Shown: positions 28,236 to 38,243, counted from the first letter of the stretch. The stretch: DNA of 56,647 bases from an uncultured Sphaerobacteraceae bacterium (GCA_964622205.1 CAZUPA010000002.1:1-56647); one strand, 5' to 3'. The notes: generated by a model from the letters alone, not told the origin. Program-made: numbers and translations.

Positions 28236-29204
28236 ATGTCACGACAACGAATCGCATCGTTCGTACGATCCACCAGAACCATGACCATGAGCCTGCTGGT
28301 GGTGGCGGGTGTCACGATGTCGGCATGTGGTCCACTCGGGGACGATGACACTGACCCCACGGCGACCGCGGACACCATCGAGCAGCCCACAACCGCCTCC
28401 ACGGAAGAACCCGCGGCGACCGAGCCAGACGGTGCGATGGACGCCACCACGGAGCCAGTCGAGGATGGCACGCCTGTTGAGGATTCCACTCCCCCATCGA
28501 CACCGCGCCCGTTCGATCTAGGCACGCCAGTACCAGAAACTGACACTGAAACGGTAGCCACCACCGAAGTGGTCAGCGTGTCGACGCCCGTTCTCGATCT
28601 TGAAGAAGACGATTCGATAGCCGGCACGCCCGTGACCGGCGAAACCGATCCGGCCGCGACGCCGTCGGACCCCGATGGCGAGGATGCGATCGGGACCGCG
28701 ACGGACGAGGCGACCGGCGACGAGCCATCCTCGCCGTCGAGTTTCGGCGGTTCGGATGGGACCTCCGGGGCGACGCCTCAATCCGGTTCGGACGATGGGC
28801 CGACTGACTCAGAAGGTGACGAGGCGACACCGTTCTTCGTTCCCGACGATCCGACCCCGACCCCAGTTCCCGAGCAAGCGTCTCCGGTGGCCGATGGCAC
28901 CCCAGTCGCGCCGGAGGATGCGACGGTCGCGGACCTCTCGCCGTTGATGGTGACAAGCTGCGAGCCAGAGGAGATTCCCGAGATCACCATCGACCAGGTG
29001 TCCTACCTCACCACGGCCGATGTGAACTTCCGCACTGGACCGGGCGCGGACTGTGACCTGATCGAGACCATCGGCACGAACCAGGAAGCGACGGTGCTTG
29101 GCGGTCCGGTGACACGCGAAGAGGATGACTTCGTGTGGGTTCAGGTGGAGATCGCCGACGATATCGGCTGGATCGTGATCGACGTGCTGGAGCCCTCGGA
29201 GTAG
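28236..29204 (+). CDS. Putative lipoprotein with long acidic T/P/D/E-rich low-complexity region and C-terminal bacterial SH3 domain
   Basis: Signal plus lipobox-like LLVVAGVTMSAC. About 220 aa of D/E/T/P-rich sequence. C-terminus YLTTADVNFRTGPGADC..VWVQVEI..GWIV is SH3b-like. ATG 28236 after GAGGGGAGAG. Confidence 0.65.
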   Translation: MSRQRIASFVRSTRTMTMSLLVVAGVTMSACGPLGDDDTDPTATADTIEQPTTASTEEPAATEPDGAMDATTEPVEDGTPVEDSTPPSTPRPFDLGTPVPETDTETVATTEVVSVSTPVLDLEEDDSIAGTPVTGETDPAATPSDPDGEDAIGTATDEATGDEPSSPSSFGGSDGTSGATPQSGSDDGPTDSEGDEATPFFVPDDPTPTPVPEQASPVADGTPVAPEDATVADLSPLMVTSCEPEEIPEITIDQVSYLTTADVNFRTGPGADCDLIETIGTNQEATVLGGPVTREEDDFVWVQVEIADDIGWIVIDVLEPSE

Positions 29205-29218
29205 ATCCAACCTACGCC

Positions 29219-29254
29219 AACGCCGCCCACATCGCGTGGGCGGCGTTCTCATTT
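29219..29254 (+). terminator. Intrinsic terminator after the SH3 lipoprotein gene
   Basis: Perfect 12-bp stem AACGCCGCCCAC/GTGGGCGGCGTT with 5-nt loop, followed by CTCATTT. Confidence 0.6.
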
Positions 29255-29344
29255 GATACCGGCGGGGATTACTTGTGAATTGGTACCATTCCCCAGCGCC
29301 CTGCGACTCAGGGTATCCCTGATGCACCTCTGGAGTACCTGAAC

Positions 29345-30913
29345 ATGCCGTTTCCCCGCGAGAGTGGCATCTTACTGCATCCAACCTCCCTGCCTGGTCC
29401 GCACGGCACGGGAGACTTTGGCCCGGCCGCGTTCCGGTTCATCGACTGGCTGGCCGACGCCGGCCAGCGACTGTGGCAAGTGATGCCGCTGGGGCCGACC
29501 GGGTTTGGCGATTCTCCATACGCGTCTCCTTCCGCGTTCGCCGGAAACCCGCTCATGATCTCGCTGCCCTGGCTGGAAGGCGATGGGCTGCTGGATGCGG
29601 CCGATTTCAGGGACGCGCCGTCGTTCGACGATCGAGCCGTTGATTTCGAGCGTGCTGGACCGTTCAAGGATAGGCTGCTCCGAAACGCTTTCGAGCGGTT
29701 CAAGGGGCCGGCGGGAGAACGATTCAGGCTGGCATTCGAGTTGTTCCGGACGGCCGAGGCATGGTGGCTCGACGACTATGCGCTGTTCATGGCGGTCAAG
29801 CGAGCACACCAGCTACGCGGGTGGCAAGACTGGAATCGCGACATAAGGTTGCGCGAGGACCACGCGGTGCGCGACGCGGAGGCGACGCTGGAGGACGAAA
29901 TCGAGTTCAATCGCTTCGTGCAGTTCCAGTTTCAACGGCAGTGGCTCGAATTGCGAAGGTACGCCAACGAGCGGTCGATCCGGATCGTTGGAGATATCCC
30001 CATCTTCGTGGCCGAAGACAGCGCGGATGTTTGGGGGAACCGGGAGCAGTTCAGGCTGGACGGGGATGGGCGAGCGCAATTCGTAGCTGGTGTCCCGCCC
30101 GACCCATTCTCCGCGACCGGCCAAATCTGGGGTAACCCACTCTATGACTGGCGGCGGATGCGCGACGAGGGCTTCCAATGGTGGAAGCAACGGGTTCGCC
30201 GAACGCTTCAAATGGTCGATGTGATTCGAATCGATCACTTCCGGGGATTCGCGGCGACCTGGTCCGTGCCAGCAGGGGCGGAGACCGCCGCCGAGGGGCA
30301 CTGGGAGCGAGTTCCCGGCGGGGAGGTATTCTCCGCGATCCGCGGGGAGTTGGGTGATGTTCCCGTCATCATCGAGGATCTCGGGGTCATCACGCCCGAT
30401 GTGGTGTCGTTGCGGGAGATCCTGGGTTTCCCTGGGATGAACGTGCTTCAGTTCGCGTTCGAGAGTGGACCATCGAACGTATACCTTCCCCACAATCACC
30501 AGACGAACTCAGTTGTCTACACCGCCACGCATGACAACCAGACGACGGTTGGCTGGTTCGAATCGAGGCCGGACGGCGAACGCCAGGCGATCCAGCGGTA
30601 CCTGGGCCGGGATGGCTCCGACATCGCCTGGGACCTTATTCGGCTCGCGCTGGCGAGCATCGCCAATACATCCATTATGCCGTTCCAGGATGTGCTCCGG
30701 CTTGGAGACGAAGCTCGGATGAATGTTCCAGGCAAGCCGTTCGGCAACTGGGCCTGGAGGTATCGCGCGGAGGAGTTGTCCCATGGATTGGCGATGGGAA
30801 TGCAGGAGTTGACCGTTGCCTATGGCCGGGGTGGGAACGCCACACCGAACCGCGGCGCGAATCCGTGGGACTACACCGCTCCCGGGAGCCAGCATCCAGC
30901 GCTCGACTATTGA
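29345..30913 (+). CDS. malQ: 4-alpha-glucanotransferase (amylomaltase, GH77)
   Basis: SGILLHPTSLPGP..GDFG N-terminus, RIDHFRGF and THDNQT motifs. Confidence 0.9.
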   Translation: MPFPRESGILLHPTSLPGPHGTGDFGPAAFRFIDWLADAGQRLWQVMPLGPTGFGDSPYASPSAFAGNPLMISLPWLEGDGLLDAADFRDAPSFDDRAVDFERAGPFKDRLLRNAFERFKGPAGERFRLAFELFRTAEAWWLDDYALFMAVKRAHQLRGWQDWNRDIRLREDHAVRDAEATLEDEIEFNRFVQFQFQRQWLELRRYANERSIRIVGDIPIFVAEDSADVWGNREQFRLDGDGRAQFVAGVPPDPFSATGQIWGNPLYDWRRMRDEGFQWWKQRVRRTLQMVDVIRIDHFRGFAATWSVPAGAETAAEGHWERVPGGEVFSAIRGELGDVPVIIEDLGVITPDVVSLREILGFPGMNVLQFAFESGPSNVYLPHNHQTNSVVYTATHDNQTTVGWFESRPDGERQAIQRYLGRDGSDIAWDLIRLALASIANTSIMPFQDVLRLGDEARMNVPGKPFGNWAWRYRAEELSHGLAMGMQELTVAYGRGGNATPNRGANPWDYTAPGSQHPALDY

Positions 30914-30983
30914 CATTGTTTGCACGGGAAACCCACTTGTACCGTCGTTCCTATCCTACAAGCACGTGAAACGGAGTTCTTCC

Positions 30984-32705
30984 ATGACCAATGCAGCGGG
31001 CGCGTTCACCTTCGTCCTCCACAGCCACCTTCCGTACGCCCGTCAGGCTGGTATGTGGCCACATGGCGAGGAGTGGGTGCATGAGGCGATCGCCGAGACG
31101 TACGTGCCACTCCTGGATGCGCTGAACGACCTGGCCGGGGAGGGACTGGATTTCAAGATCACGATCAGCGTCACGCCGATCCTGGCGGAGCAACTGGCTG
31201 ATCCGCTCATCCAGGAGCACTTCCTGACCTACGCGGAAGAGCGCGCGGCCTGGGCGGCGGCTGACATCACGCGGTTCGATGACGCCAGAGACCCGGAAAT
31301 GAAGCGTCTGGCCGTGCATTTCCACCATTGGTACTCGCGAGTGCTTTCGTCATTCAGAGACCGCTACGGATGCGATATTATCGGCGCCCTCGCCAGACTG
31401 CAGGACGCTGGCCATGTTGAGGTATCGACCAGTGCCGCCACCCATGGATATCTCCCCCTGCTATCCCGGGACTCGTCAATCTTCGGCCAGCTTCGTACGG
31501 GAATAGCCTCGTACGAGCGGATGTTTGGCCGAAAGCCAACCGCGATCTGGTTGCCGGAATGTGCCTACCGGCCATCGTACTGGGATGGCGAGGGCGCGGA
31601 AGACGTGCGGCGCCCGGGCATCGAATCGTTCCTGGCGGCGCAGGGGTTGCGGGTGTTCTTCACCGAGACCCATGCGATTGAGGGGGGGAACCCAATTGGA
31701 AAGGCGGCTGGGGAGGCGATCGGGATCTATGGCGCGGTCGCTCGCCGGTACACGCTCGAACTGAGCCCATCCGAGCAGGCGGAACCGGGGACGACGTACG
31801 AAGCCTACTGGGTAGGCGATGCGCCGGGCGAAGTGGCGGTCCTTGGTCGCAACAGCCGAACCGGGCAACAGGTGTGGTCAGGCGATTTCGGATATCCAGG
31901 CGATCTCTGGTACCGGGAGTTCCATCGCAAGGACGGCGTTTCGGGCATGCAGTACTGGCGCATCGGCGGGCCGGACATGGACCTGGGCCAGAAGCCGCCA
32001 TACAACCCGGACCGGGCGGCCGAGCGGGTCGCGGAGCACGCGGCTCACTTCGTTGGACTCGTGGAGGAACTGCTCGCCGAGTACAAGGAATCGACGGGAA
32101 CCTACGGCATCATCAGCTCCAACTACGATACGGAACTGTTCGGTCACTGGTGGTTCGAGGGTGTTGACTGGATCAAGGCGGTTTTGAAGGGGCTGGCCAA
32201 GTCGGACAAGGTCGATCTCACGACGGCGTCGGCCTATATCAACGAGCATTCACCGGATCGCGTGATCGCGCTGCCGGAGTCGAGTTGGGGTTCGGGCGGC
32301 AATCACTTTACCTGGATGAACCATGAGACCGAGTGGATGTGGCCGGTGATTCATGCCGCCGAAGCGAGGATGGAGTCCCTGGTGGCGAGCGCGCCAGACG
32401 CCAGCGGGGAAACGGCGAACCTCCTCAACCAGGCTGCGAGAGAACTCCTGCTTCTGGAAGGGAGCGACTGGCCATTCCTGGTGACGACCGGACAGGCCAA
32501 GGAGTACGCGTCGCAGCGATTCACGGAGCATGTGGACCGATTCAACGCCCTGGCGGACCTGATCGAGAAGGGCGGCGGTCTGAGCCCCGAGGAATCCGCG
32601 ATGCTGGATGCGTTGTCCGAGCGTGACAATCCGTTCGGAGATATCGACTACCGGTGGTTCGCGGCACGTCAGGGGGACGCGGGGAGGCTTGCGGAATACG
32701 CATAG
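30984..32705 (+). CDS. GH57-family alpha-glucan enzyme, probable 1,4-alpha-glucan branching enzyme type
   Basis: FVLHSHLPY N-terminus, WLPECAY and ELFGHWWFEG motifs with helical C-terminal domain. ATG 30984. Upstream part of the 629-aa ORF overlaps malQ and is rejected. Confidence 0.8.
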   Translation: MTNAAGAFTFVLHSHLPYARQAGMWPHGEEWVHEAIAETYVPLLDALNDLAGEGLDFKITISVTPILAEQLADPLIQEHFLTYAEERAAWAAADITRFDDARDPEMKRLAVHFHHWYSRVLSSFRDRYGCDIIGALARLQDAGHVEVSTSAATHGYLPLLSRDSSIFGQLRTGIASYERMFGRKPTAIWLPECAYRPSYWDGEGAEDVRRPGIESFLAAQGLRVFFTETHAIEGGNPIGKAAGEAIGIYGAVARRYTLELSPSEQAEPGTTYEAYWVGDAPGEVAVLGRNSRTGQQVWSGDFGYPGDLWYREFHRKDGVSGMQYWRIGGPDMDLGQKPPYNPDRAAERVAEHAAHFVGLVEELLAEYKESTGTYGIISSNYDTELFGHWWFEGVDWIKAVLKGLAKSDKVDLTTASAYINEHSPDRVIALPESSWGSGGNHFTWMNHETEWMWPVIHAAEARMESLVASAPDASGETANLLNQAARELLLLEGSDWPFLVTTGQAKEYASQRFTEHVDRFNALADLIEKGGGLSPEESAMLDALSERDNPFGDIDYRWFAARQGDAGRLAEYA

Positions 32706-32733
32706 CTCTCGCGGATCCGACAATGCGACATAC

Positions 32734-32762
32734 AGCCCAGTCGATGACGAATCGGCTGGGCT
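32734..32762. terminator. Stem-loop between the convergent GH57 and binding-protein genes
   Basis: AGCCCAGTCGA-TGACGAA-TCGGCTGGGCT, ~11 bp including one G-U pair. Weak U-tracts. Confidence 0.45.
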
Positions 32763-32785
32763 CTGGCTGTGTTTCGAAGCCGGTG

Positions 32786-34597
32786 CTACTGCGTTCGGGG
32801 GAGGACGAAGACCGCGTCGTCGAAGCGCACGGGGATACCGCCTGACCAGGGGCCTTGCCGGGTTCCCGTGAGCCATGGTTTCTGTACGAAACGCTGAACC
32901 CAGTGACCGAGTGGGATGTACACGGCGTTATCCAGCAGCAATTGTTCCGCCTGCCGGTAGAGCGCGTTGCGCTCCACGTCGTCTGTGGTCTCGTTCGCCC
33001 GCGCGATCAACTCGTCGAACTGGGCGGATGCCTCTCCGGGCGCCTGGTCCTCGACAGCTTCCAATTCGACGGACCAATTGAAGACACCGGCCATTTCCGG
33101 AGATTCCGACGTGCCGATCGTTTCGAGAAGCGAGGGCGTGTCAGACGCTGTCCACCACCAGCGGATGTCGATCTGTCGCCCGCCGTTGTCCTGCTGGAGT
33201 GCGTCGATCTGGTCTGCGGTGAGGGAGACGTCGTGGCGGATCGCCAATCCGGAGTTCTGCTGAATCATGGCGAGGAGGGCGGCGGCCTGTTCCACCATCG
33301 CGGCTGTGTCTGTCGCGGGCTGGTAGTAGACCATGTCGAATTCCGCCGTCTCGGGATCGTATCCGGCGCTCTCCAATAGGGATGCGGCTTCGTCTGGCGA
33401 GAACTCGATCGGGGTGGCCGCTTCATACCCCGAGGTAAGGTTGATGGACGGAGGGACAATCGCCTGGGCGGGAACGAACTCGTCGTTCTGGATGTCGGTT
33501 GCCCACACGTCCCTGTCGATCGCGGCCGCGATCGCTTGCCGGTAGCGGAGATCATTGAACGGCGCCTGGGAGAAGTCCATGCCGATCGCCATGGTCGATG
33601 CCTGCGATCCGACGGTCACCAGTTCGCCGGCGAGCACCTCATCTTCCGTGACATCCGGCAGCAGCGAGGCGGGAACGTCCGCCAACGGGACAGTATCGTC
33701 CCGGTACATGTCGAGGCTCAGGGCAGCCGCATCGGGCCCGTCGACAATCCGCCAGCTCAGGAGGGCAATCGACGGGGAAACGGGAGTAGGCGCCGAAGGA
33801 TGAGGTTCGCAGTCGATCCGCTCACCATCGACGAACGCGGTTACCCGCCACATGCCAATGCCGGGGGGCGCTGGCGGGACCTCTTCGGCCGATTCCATCT
33901 CTGTGAGATCCAGGACGGCCCAGCCGAAGGTGGCGAGCGAGGCATGAAACGACGTGTACGGCTTCGAAAGTGTGATTTCGATGGTCAGGTCGTCCAGGGC
34001 GGTGAACCCGATATCGGTGCTTTGACCCGCGACATACTCCGGATACCCCTGCACGTATTCCATGAACGTACTCATCGGCGCGGGCTGGTTTGGATCGAGC
34101 GCGCGCTTCCAGGAATCGATGAATGCCTGGGCGTTGACGGGATTGCCGGAGGCGAATCGCAGGCCGGGCCGGATGGCGACGGTCCACACGTCGGCGGTGT
34201 CATTGGGCTCGATCGACCCGGCGAGGTCGAGCACCACACCGCCGTTTTCATCGAACGCGAGCAGCCCGGACCACAGGTGAGGAAAGAGCACCCAGAACGG
34301 ACCCCAGTTTGGCGCGCGATGAGGATCGAGCGTGATGGCTTGCCCGAAGGGATTGAACGGAATGGAGAGTTCAACGCCGGTTTCGAACTCGTCCTGCGCT
34401 CGCCCGGCGGAATCTCCTCCGGCGGATGGCGCCGCCGTGGCTCGCATGGGGGGGATCGCCGTGGCCGCCCCGACGACTGCCGATGCCCGGATCAGGTCGC
34501 GGCGGGAGTGGCTGGGGACGCTGGCCAGGACATTGGTGACGAAATGGTCGGACGGGGAGTTCCCTCCGGATGCACCCTTTGTACGGAACAGGTTCAT
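32786..34597 (-). CDS. ABC transporter substrate-binding protein, family 5 (peptide/nickel type), Tat signal
   Basis: SRRDLIRASAVVGAATAIPPMRATA twin-arginine signal. ~600-aa family-5 architecture. No adjacent permease or ATPase genes. Confidence 0.75.
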   Translation of the reverse strand: MNLFRTKGASGGNSPSDHFVTNVLASVPSHSRRDLIRASAVVGAATAIPPMRATAAPSAGGDSAGRAQDEFETGVELSIPFNPFGQAITLDPHRAPNWGPFWVLFPHLWSGLLAFDENGGVVLDLAGSIEPNDTADVWTVAIRPGLRFASGNPVNAQAFIDSWKRALDPNQPAPMSTFMEYVQGYPEYVAGQSTDIGFTALDDLTIEITLSKPYTSFHASLATFGWAVLDLTEMESAEEVPPAPPGIGMWRVTAFVDGERIDCEPHPSAPTPVSPSIALLSWRIVDGPDAAALSLDMYRDDTVPLADVPASLLPDVTEDEVLAGELVTVGSQASTMAIGMDFSQAPFNDLRYRQAIAAAIDRDVWATDIQNDEFVPAQAIVPPSINLTSGYEAATPIEFSPDEAASLLESAGYDPETAEFDMVYYQPATDTAAMVEQAAALLAMIQQNSGLAIRHDVSLTADQIDALQQDNGGRQIDIRWWWTASDTPSLLETIGTSESPEMAGVFNWSVELEAVEDQAPGEASAQFDELIARANETTDDVERNALYRQAEQLLLDNAVYIPLGHWVQRFVQKPWLTGTRQGPWSGGIPVRFDDAVFVLPRTQ

Positions 34598-34722
34598 GAT
34601 CGCTCCTTGGCCGGATTCGCTCGGCTATCGTTCGACTTCTCGTTGAGTCCCATCACCCGTCAAACATGCGTGCCGCTTACCTGTCTAACGTTCAAGGGAA
34701 ACCTGTGGTTACAGTGGGCCAG

Positions 34723-35781
34723 CTACTCAAGCGAGTATCCGTAGTTCCGCGTCCCGGCGGCGTCGAGCCAGGCGGCCAGAAGATCCACCGAGGCTTCGAT
34801 GTCGCCCTTGTTCGCCATTTCATTCACCGTATGCACGTAGCGGGTTGGAATGGATATGGTGCAGGTGAGAACTCCCCCGCGGCTCTTCTGGAACGCGCCA
34901 GCATCGGTGCCGCCGGCTGGGAGGATCTCCGCTTGCCACGGAATGTCGTTCTCAATGGCCACTTCTCGTAAGTGATCGATGATGGCCGGATTCGGGAGCT
35001 GGCTGCCATCGAACATCTTGATGGCCGTCCCACCGCCAAGCCGGGTTACCTGTGCATCGGGAGGATTGCCGGGAATGTCGCCAGCGATGGTCACATCGAG
35101 GGCGATGGCGATGTCCGGTTCCGTGGCGAATGCCGAAGTAATGGCTCCACGAAGTCCGACCTCTTCCTGGGTGGTCGCGATGGCGACGATCTCGGCCTTG
35201 CTGGCTGTGGCCCCGCGAATGGCCTCCAGCATCACGTAGATGCCAAGCCGATCGTCCAGCGCCTTGCTCACCACTGTGTCGCCGATTTCGACGAGGTCCC
35301 GGTCGAGCGTGACCATGTCCCCGATGGAGACTCGCTCCTTTACGTCATCCACGCCAAGGCCAAGATCGATAAAGAAGTCCGGGAGTTTCAACTCCTTAGC
35401 TTCCCCCGGCGTCTGAAGATGGATCGGGCGAGCGGCGGGCTGGAGGACGCCAGGCAGGGGGCCAGCTTCGCGGGTATGGACAACCACGCGTTGCGCCACG
35501 AGCACGCGCGGGTCGAAGCCACCGACTTGCTGGATGCGCAGGAAGCCGTTTTCGTCGATGTGGCGGACGAGGAAGCCGATTTCGTCGAGGTGGGCGGCGA
35601 TCGCGACTCGCGGACCTCCGCTGCCCTTCCTGATTCCGATCAGATTGCCGAGACGGTCGACGCCTATGGTGTCGACCAGAGGCTTCATTTCTTCCGCGAC
35701 GACGCGCCTAACCTGATCTTCCCGCGAGGCAATGCCGGGCGTTTGGGTCAGTTTGCGGAGCAGTGGGATGTTGACAGGCAT
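34723..35781 (-). CDS. M42-family aminopeptidase (FrvX/CelM-like)
   Basis: AHLDEIGF, ALDDRLG and TTQEEVGLRGA metal-ligand motifs typical of M42. Confidence 0.85.
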   Translation of the reverse strand: MPVNIPLLRKLTQTPGIASREDQVRRVVAEEMKPLVDTIGVDRLGNLIGIRKGSGGPRVAIAAHLDEIGFLVRHIDENGFLRIQQVGGFDPRVLVAQRVVVHTREAGPLPGVLQPAARPIHLQTPGEAKELKLPDFFIDLGLGVDDVKERVSIGDMVTLDRDLVEIGDTVVSKALDDRLGIYVMLEAIRGATASKAEIVAIATTQEEVGLRGAITSAFATEPDIAIALDVTIAGDIPGNPPDAQVTRLGGGTAIKMFDGSQLPNPAIIDHLREVAIENDIPWQAEILPAGGTDAGAFQKSRGGVLTCTISIPTRYVHTVNEMANKGDIEASVDLLAAWLDAAGTRNYGYSLE

Positions 35782-35863
35782 ATGTGGCCCTTCTGGAAAG
35801 TCCCTGCGATGGTATCCCGATCGAGTGTTCCCGGTCAGTGTATCCGATGGTTTCAGGATAGCG

Positions 35864-35890
35864 AAAAGGACGCCCCTGAGGACGTCCTTT
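35864..35890 (-). terminator. Intrinsic terminator after the large secreted-protein gene
   Basis: 8-bp stem AAAGGACG/CGTCCTTT. The minus strand reads CGTCCTTTTCGC after the stem. Confidence 0.55.
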
Positions 35891-35913
35891 CCGGATGACG
35901 TATCGAGCCAGTA

Positions 35914-37833
35914 TTACTCGCCGATGAGGATGATAGTGCTGGAGCCGATCACTCCATCGCTGTCGAAGGTTACGGTGCCGACCGCCAGGATATTGATGTC
36001 GTTGACCCCGGTGTCCGGAGTCGCATCGGCCGCGGGAGGATCGAAGTAATCCTCGCAGGCGATATCGTTGAAATTCTGGTCGAGCAACCAGTTCTCGAAC
36101 GGATTCTCGTCGTAGGCGGCCTGGGCGTCTTCCTGCGTGGCGAATACCGCGCATGCCGGATTGGCATCCAGGTCGCTCACGGCGGTCATGGCGATGACGT
36201 CATCGATCAGCGGCAGAAGCGCGCCGACGCTGAGATAGCTCGAGGAGTTCACGTTCTCTGACGGAAGCGCCTCGAATGTCTGCTGGAAGGCCTCGTCGTC
36301 GGCCAGTGAGCCGTCTTCGGCGAGCGTCGCGAAGTCGATGCCTTCATTGATCCCAATCATCAACTGGTGGTCGACAACCCCGAACTCAAGCACGAGAGGG
36401 AAGGACGGGTCGCCGGAAGCATCGATCGAAGTGACCTCGGACCCGTTGACGTTTCGCGTGGAGAATGACATATCGGAGCCGGATTCCTGCTCGATGAGCT
36501 CGGTGATATCCGCGACGATGGACTCGACCGTGGTGCTGTCGTCAAGCTCTGTCACGAACAGAGCGGAGATATCGGCGCCCTCCTCCGTGAGGTTCTCGAC
36601 CGTGCCGGCCATCGCCCATTCGCCGACCATTTGGTCGAGCAAATCGGACTTGAGGTTGAAACCAAGCTGATCCTCCGCCTGGGCGAAGACTTCGTCGGCG
36701 TAGTCTTCAGCGGTGGCGCCCGGGGTGGCGAGCATGGTGGCGCCTTCCGAATCGACACCGACGATGGACGAGGCGAACGCAACCGCCAGCAGGTTCACGC
36801 CTGGGTTCATGCCCAGATCGCTGCCGCCGGAGTAGAAGAGGGCATTGGCTGGAGTCTTGGCGGCGAAGGACGCGTTGTAGTCCGGCGTCGCCGTGAAGGT
36901 GACGCCATCGGCCGGGAAGGCAATGGAATCCATTCGGAATCCGTTGTCATCGGCCCAGAACACGAAACCGGCATAGGTGTTGTAGGCGGCGAGTACCTGG
37001 CCCGAGAGACCGACTTCCTCCAGGTCTTCGAGGTCGCCGGCCTGATCGAGTATGGCCGGTCCGTTGACGTACCCAAAGGAGATCACGTCCGGTTCGAGAG
37101 CGTCGCGAACCCTGGTGAAGTTCTCGTCGGCCGCGAGCGCTGGCGCATCGCCATTGACCGTGTCAATCACGGATTCGACGTCGGAGGAGCCAGCGGCGAT
37201 GACGATCACGTCGTCGACCTCGGCGATGAACACTGGCGAGGTGAACTCGTCCTCGGGAACGCTGTTCAGGATCGTGTAGCCACCGTACGCCGTCTTCTCC
37301 GCGGATGTCACGTCGCCTTCAAAAGCGATGGAGGTATAGATGGTGAAGGCCATGTCGACATCGATGGGCATGATGACGAGCGCCCATCCGTCTGGAATTT
37401 CATCCGTGACCGCGGACGCGGGATCCTGCAGCACGTCGGCTGCATCGGTGGTCATTCCCGCGTTGATGGTCTCCTCGGGAATCTCCGTCAGGAACACCGC
37501 GGCCTGTCCGTTGGCGATCAGGCCCAGATTGTCAACCTGCATGTCGACTTCGGCTTCCTGCTCGTCGGTGAGCAACGCCGTGAGGTTCGCTCGTTCGAGG
37601 AGATCGGTGGCCTGAACGAGCTGGTCCGACGACTTGTCAAGTTCGACTTCGGCGTAGAACACCGACTCGGCTGGCGCGTAGGTGGCGAGGTCACCAGTTG
37701 ACTGCGCGGTTGCCGTACCGCCCAAAGAGACGAGAGACGCCAGGAATCCGGATACAAGCAGGAGCGCCATCACGGAACGCGCTTGCGTTCCGAGCCTTCC
37801 AAACCTGCCACGATGTGCCGTTGCGCTGTTCAA
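35914..37833 (-). CDS. Large acidic secreted or anchored protein, hypothetical (DUF3352-like impression)
   Basis: 639 aa. Signal or anchor MALLLVSGFLASLVSLGGTATAQ. N-terminal YAPAESVFYAEVELD pattern. No catalytic motifs recognised. Confidence 0.6.
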   Translation of the reverse strand: MNSATAHRGRFGRLGTQARSVMALLLVSGFLASLVSLGGTATAQSTGDLATYAPAESVFYAEVELDKSSDQLVQATDLLERANLTALLTDEQEAEVDMQVDNLGLIANGQAAVFLTEIPEETINAGMTTDAADVLQDPASAVTDEIPDGWALVIMPIDVDMAFTIYTSIAFEGDVTSAEKTAYGGYTILNSVPEDEFTSPVFIAEVDDVIVIAAGSSDVESVIDTVNGDAPALAADENFTRVRDALEPDVISFGYVNGPAILDQAGDLEDLEEVGLSGQVLAAYNTYAGFVFWADDNGFRMDSIAFPADGVTFTATPDYNASFAAKTPANALFYSGGSDLGMNPGVNLLAVAFASSIVGVDSEGATMLATPGATAEDYADEVFAQAEDQLGFNLKSDLLDQMVGEWAMAGTVENLTEEGADISALFVTELDDSTTVESIVADITELIEQESGSDMSFSTRNVNGSEVTSIDASGDPSFPLVLEFGVVDHQLMIGINEGIDFATLAEDGSLADDEAFQQTFEALPSENVNSSSYLSVGALLPLIDDVIAMTAVSDLDANPACAVFATQEDAQAAYDENPFENWLLDQNFNDIACEDYFDPPAADATPDTGVNDINILAVGTVTFDSDGVIGSSTIILIGE

Positions 37834-37963
37834 ACTTCGACTCCTTTCGGCAATCCTGCCGCTGGTATCGATTGGGCTTCATCATGGATCACGCACAGCA
37901 GAGCGCGGGATGACTCCATCACCGATGTAGGTGTAACGTTTGTCTCCGCCACGCGGTTCCGAT

Positions 37964-38098
37964 CTATCGTTGAAGGCGGCGGTCAATGCCGGTGGCGATC
38001 GAGAACACGATCATGAACAGCGCCGCGAGGGCGCCTATCACCAGCACGATGGCTCCCAGCGTGAGCGCCGATTTCAGCAACCAGAGAACGACATCCAT
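37964..38098 (-). CDS. Possible 44-aa single-span membrane peptide (below the ORF-track cutoff)
   Basis: Hand translation MDVVLWLLKSALTLGAIVLVIGALAALFMIVFSIATGIDRRLQR. Lies after the clpB terminator and upstream of the large secreted-protein gene. Weak SD. Confidence 0.25.
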   Translation of the reverse strand: MDVVLWLLKSALTLGAIVLVIGALAALFMIVFSIATGIDRRLQR

Positions 38099-38204
38099 GG
38101 TGTTTCGCAATCCCTTTCAGTTCCGACAGGCTGATTCGATCGTGAACCGGGGGAACGTTCAAGGAGGCATCCCGGCTGGCGTATGCCCGAAGTATAGTCA
38201 ATCG

Positions 38205-38243
38205 AAAACTGGAGAGGGGACGCCACGACTGGCGTCTCCCCTC
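38205..38243 (-). terminator. Intrinsic terminator of clpB
   Basis: Stem GAGGGGACGCCA / TGGCGTCTCCCCTC (one bulge). The minus strand continues TCCAGTTTTCG. Confidence 0.75.

Noticed and set aside
28300-28960. Apparent nucleotide-level repetitiveness in the SH3 lipoprotein gene.
   Set aside because: It reflects amino-acid low complexity (D/E/T/P-rich), not a defined tandem DNA repeat. No fixed repeat unit could be extracted by eye.
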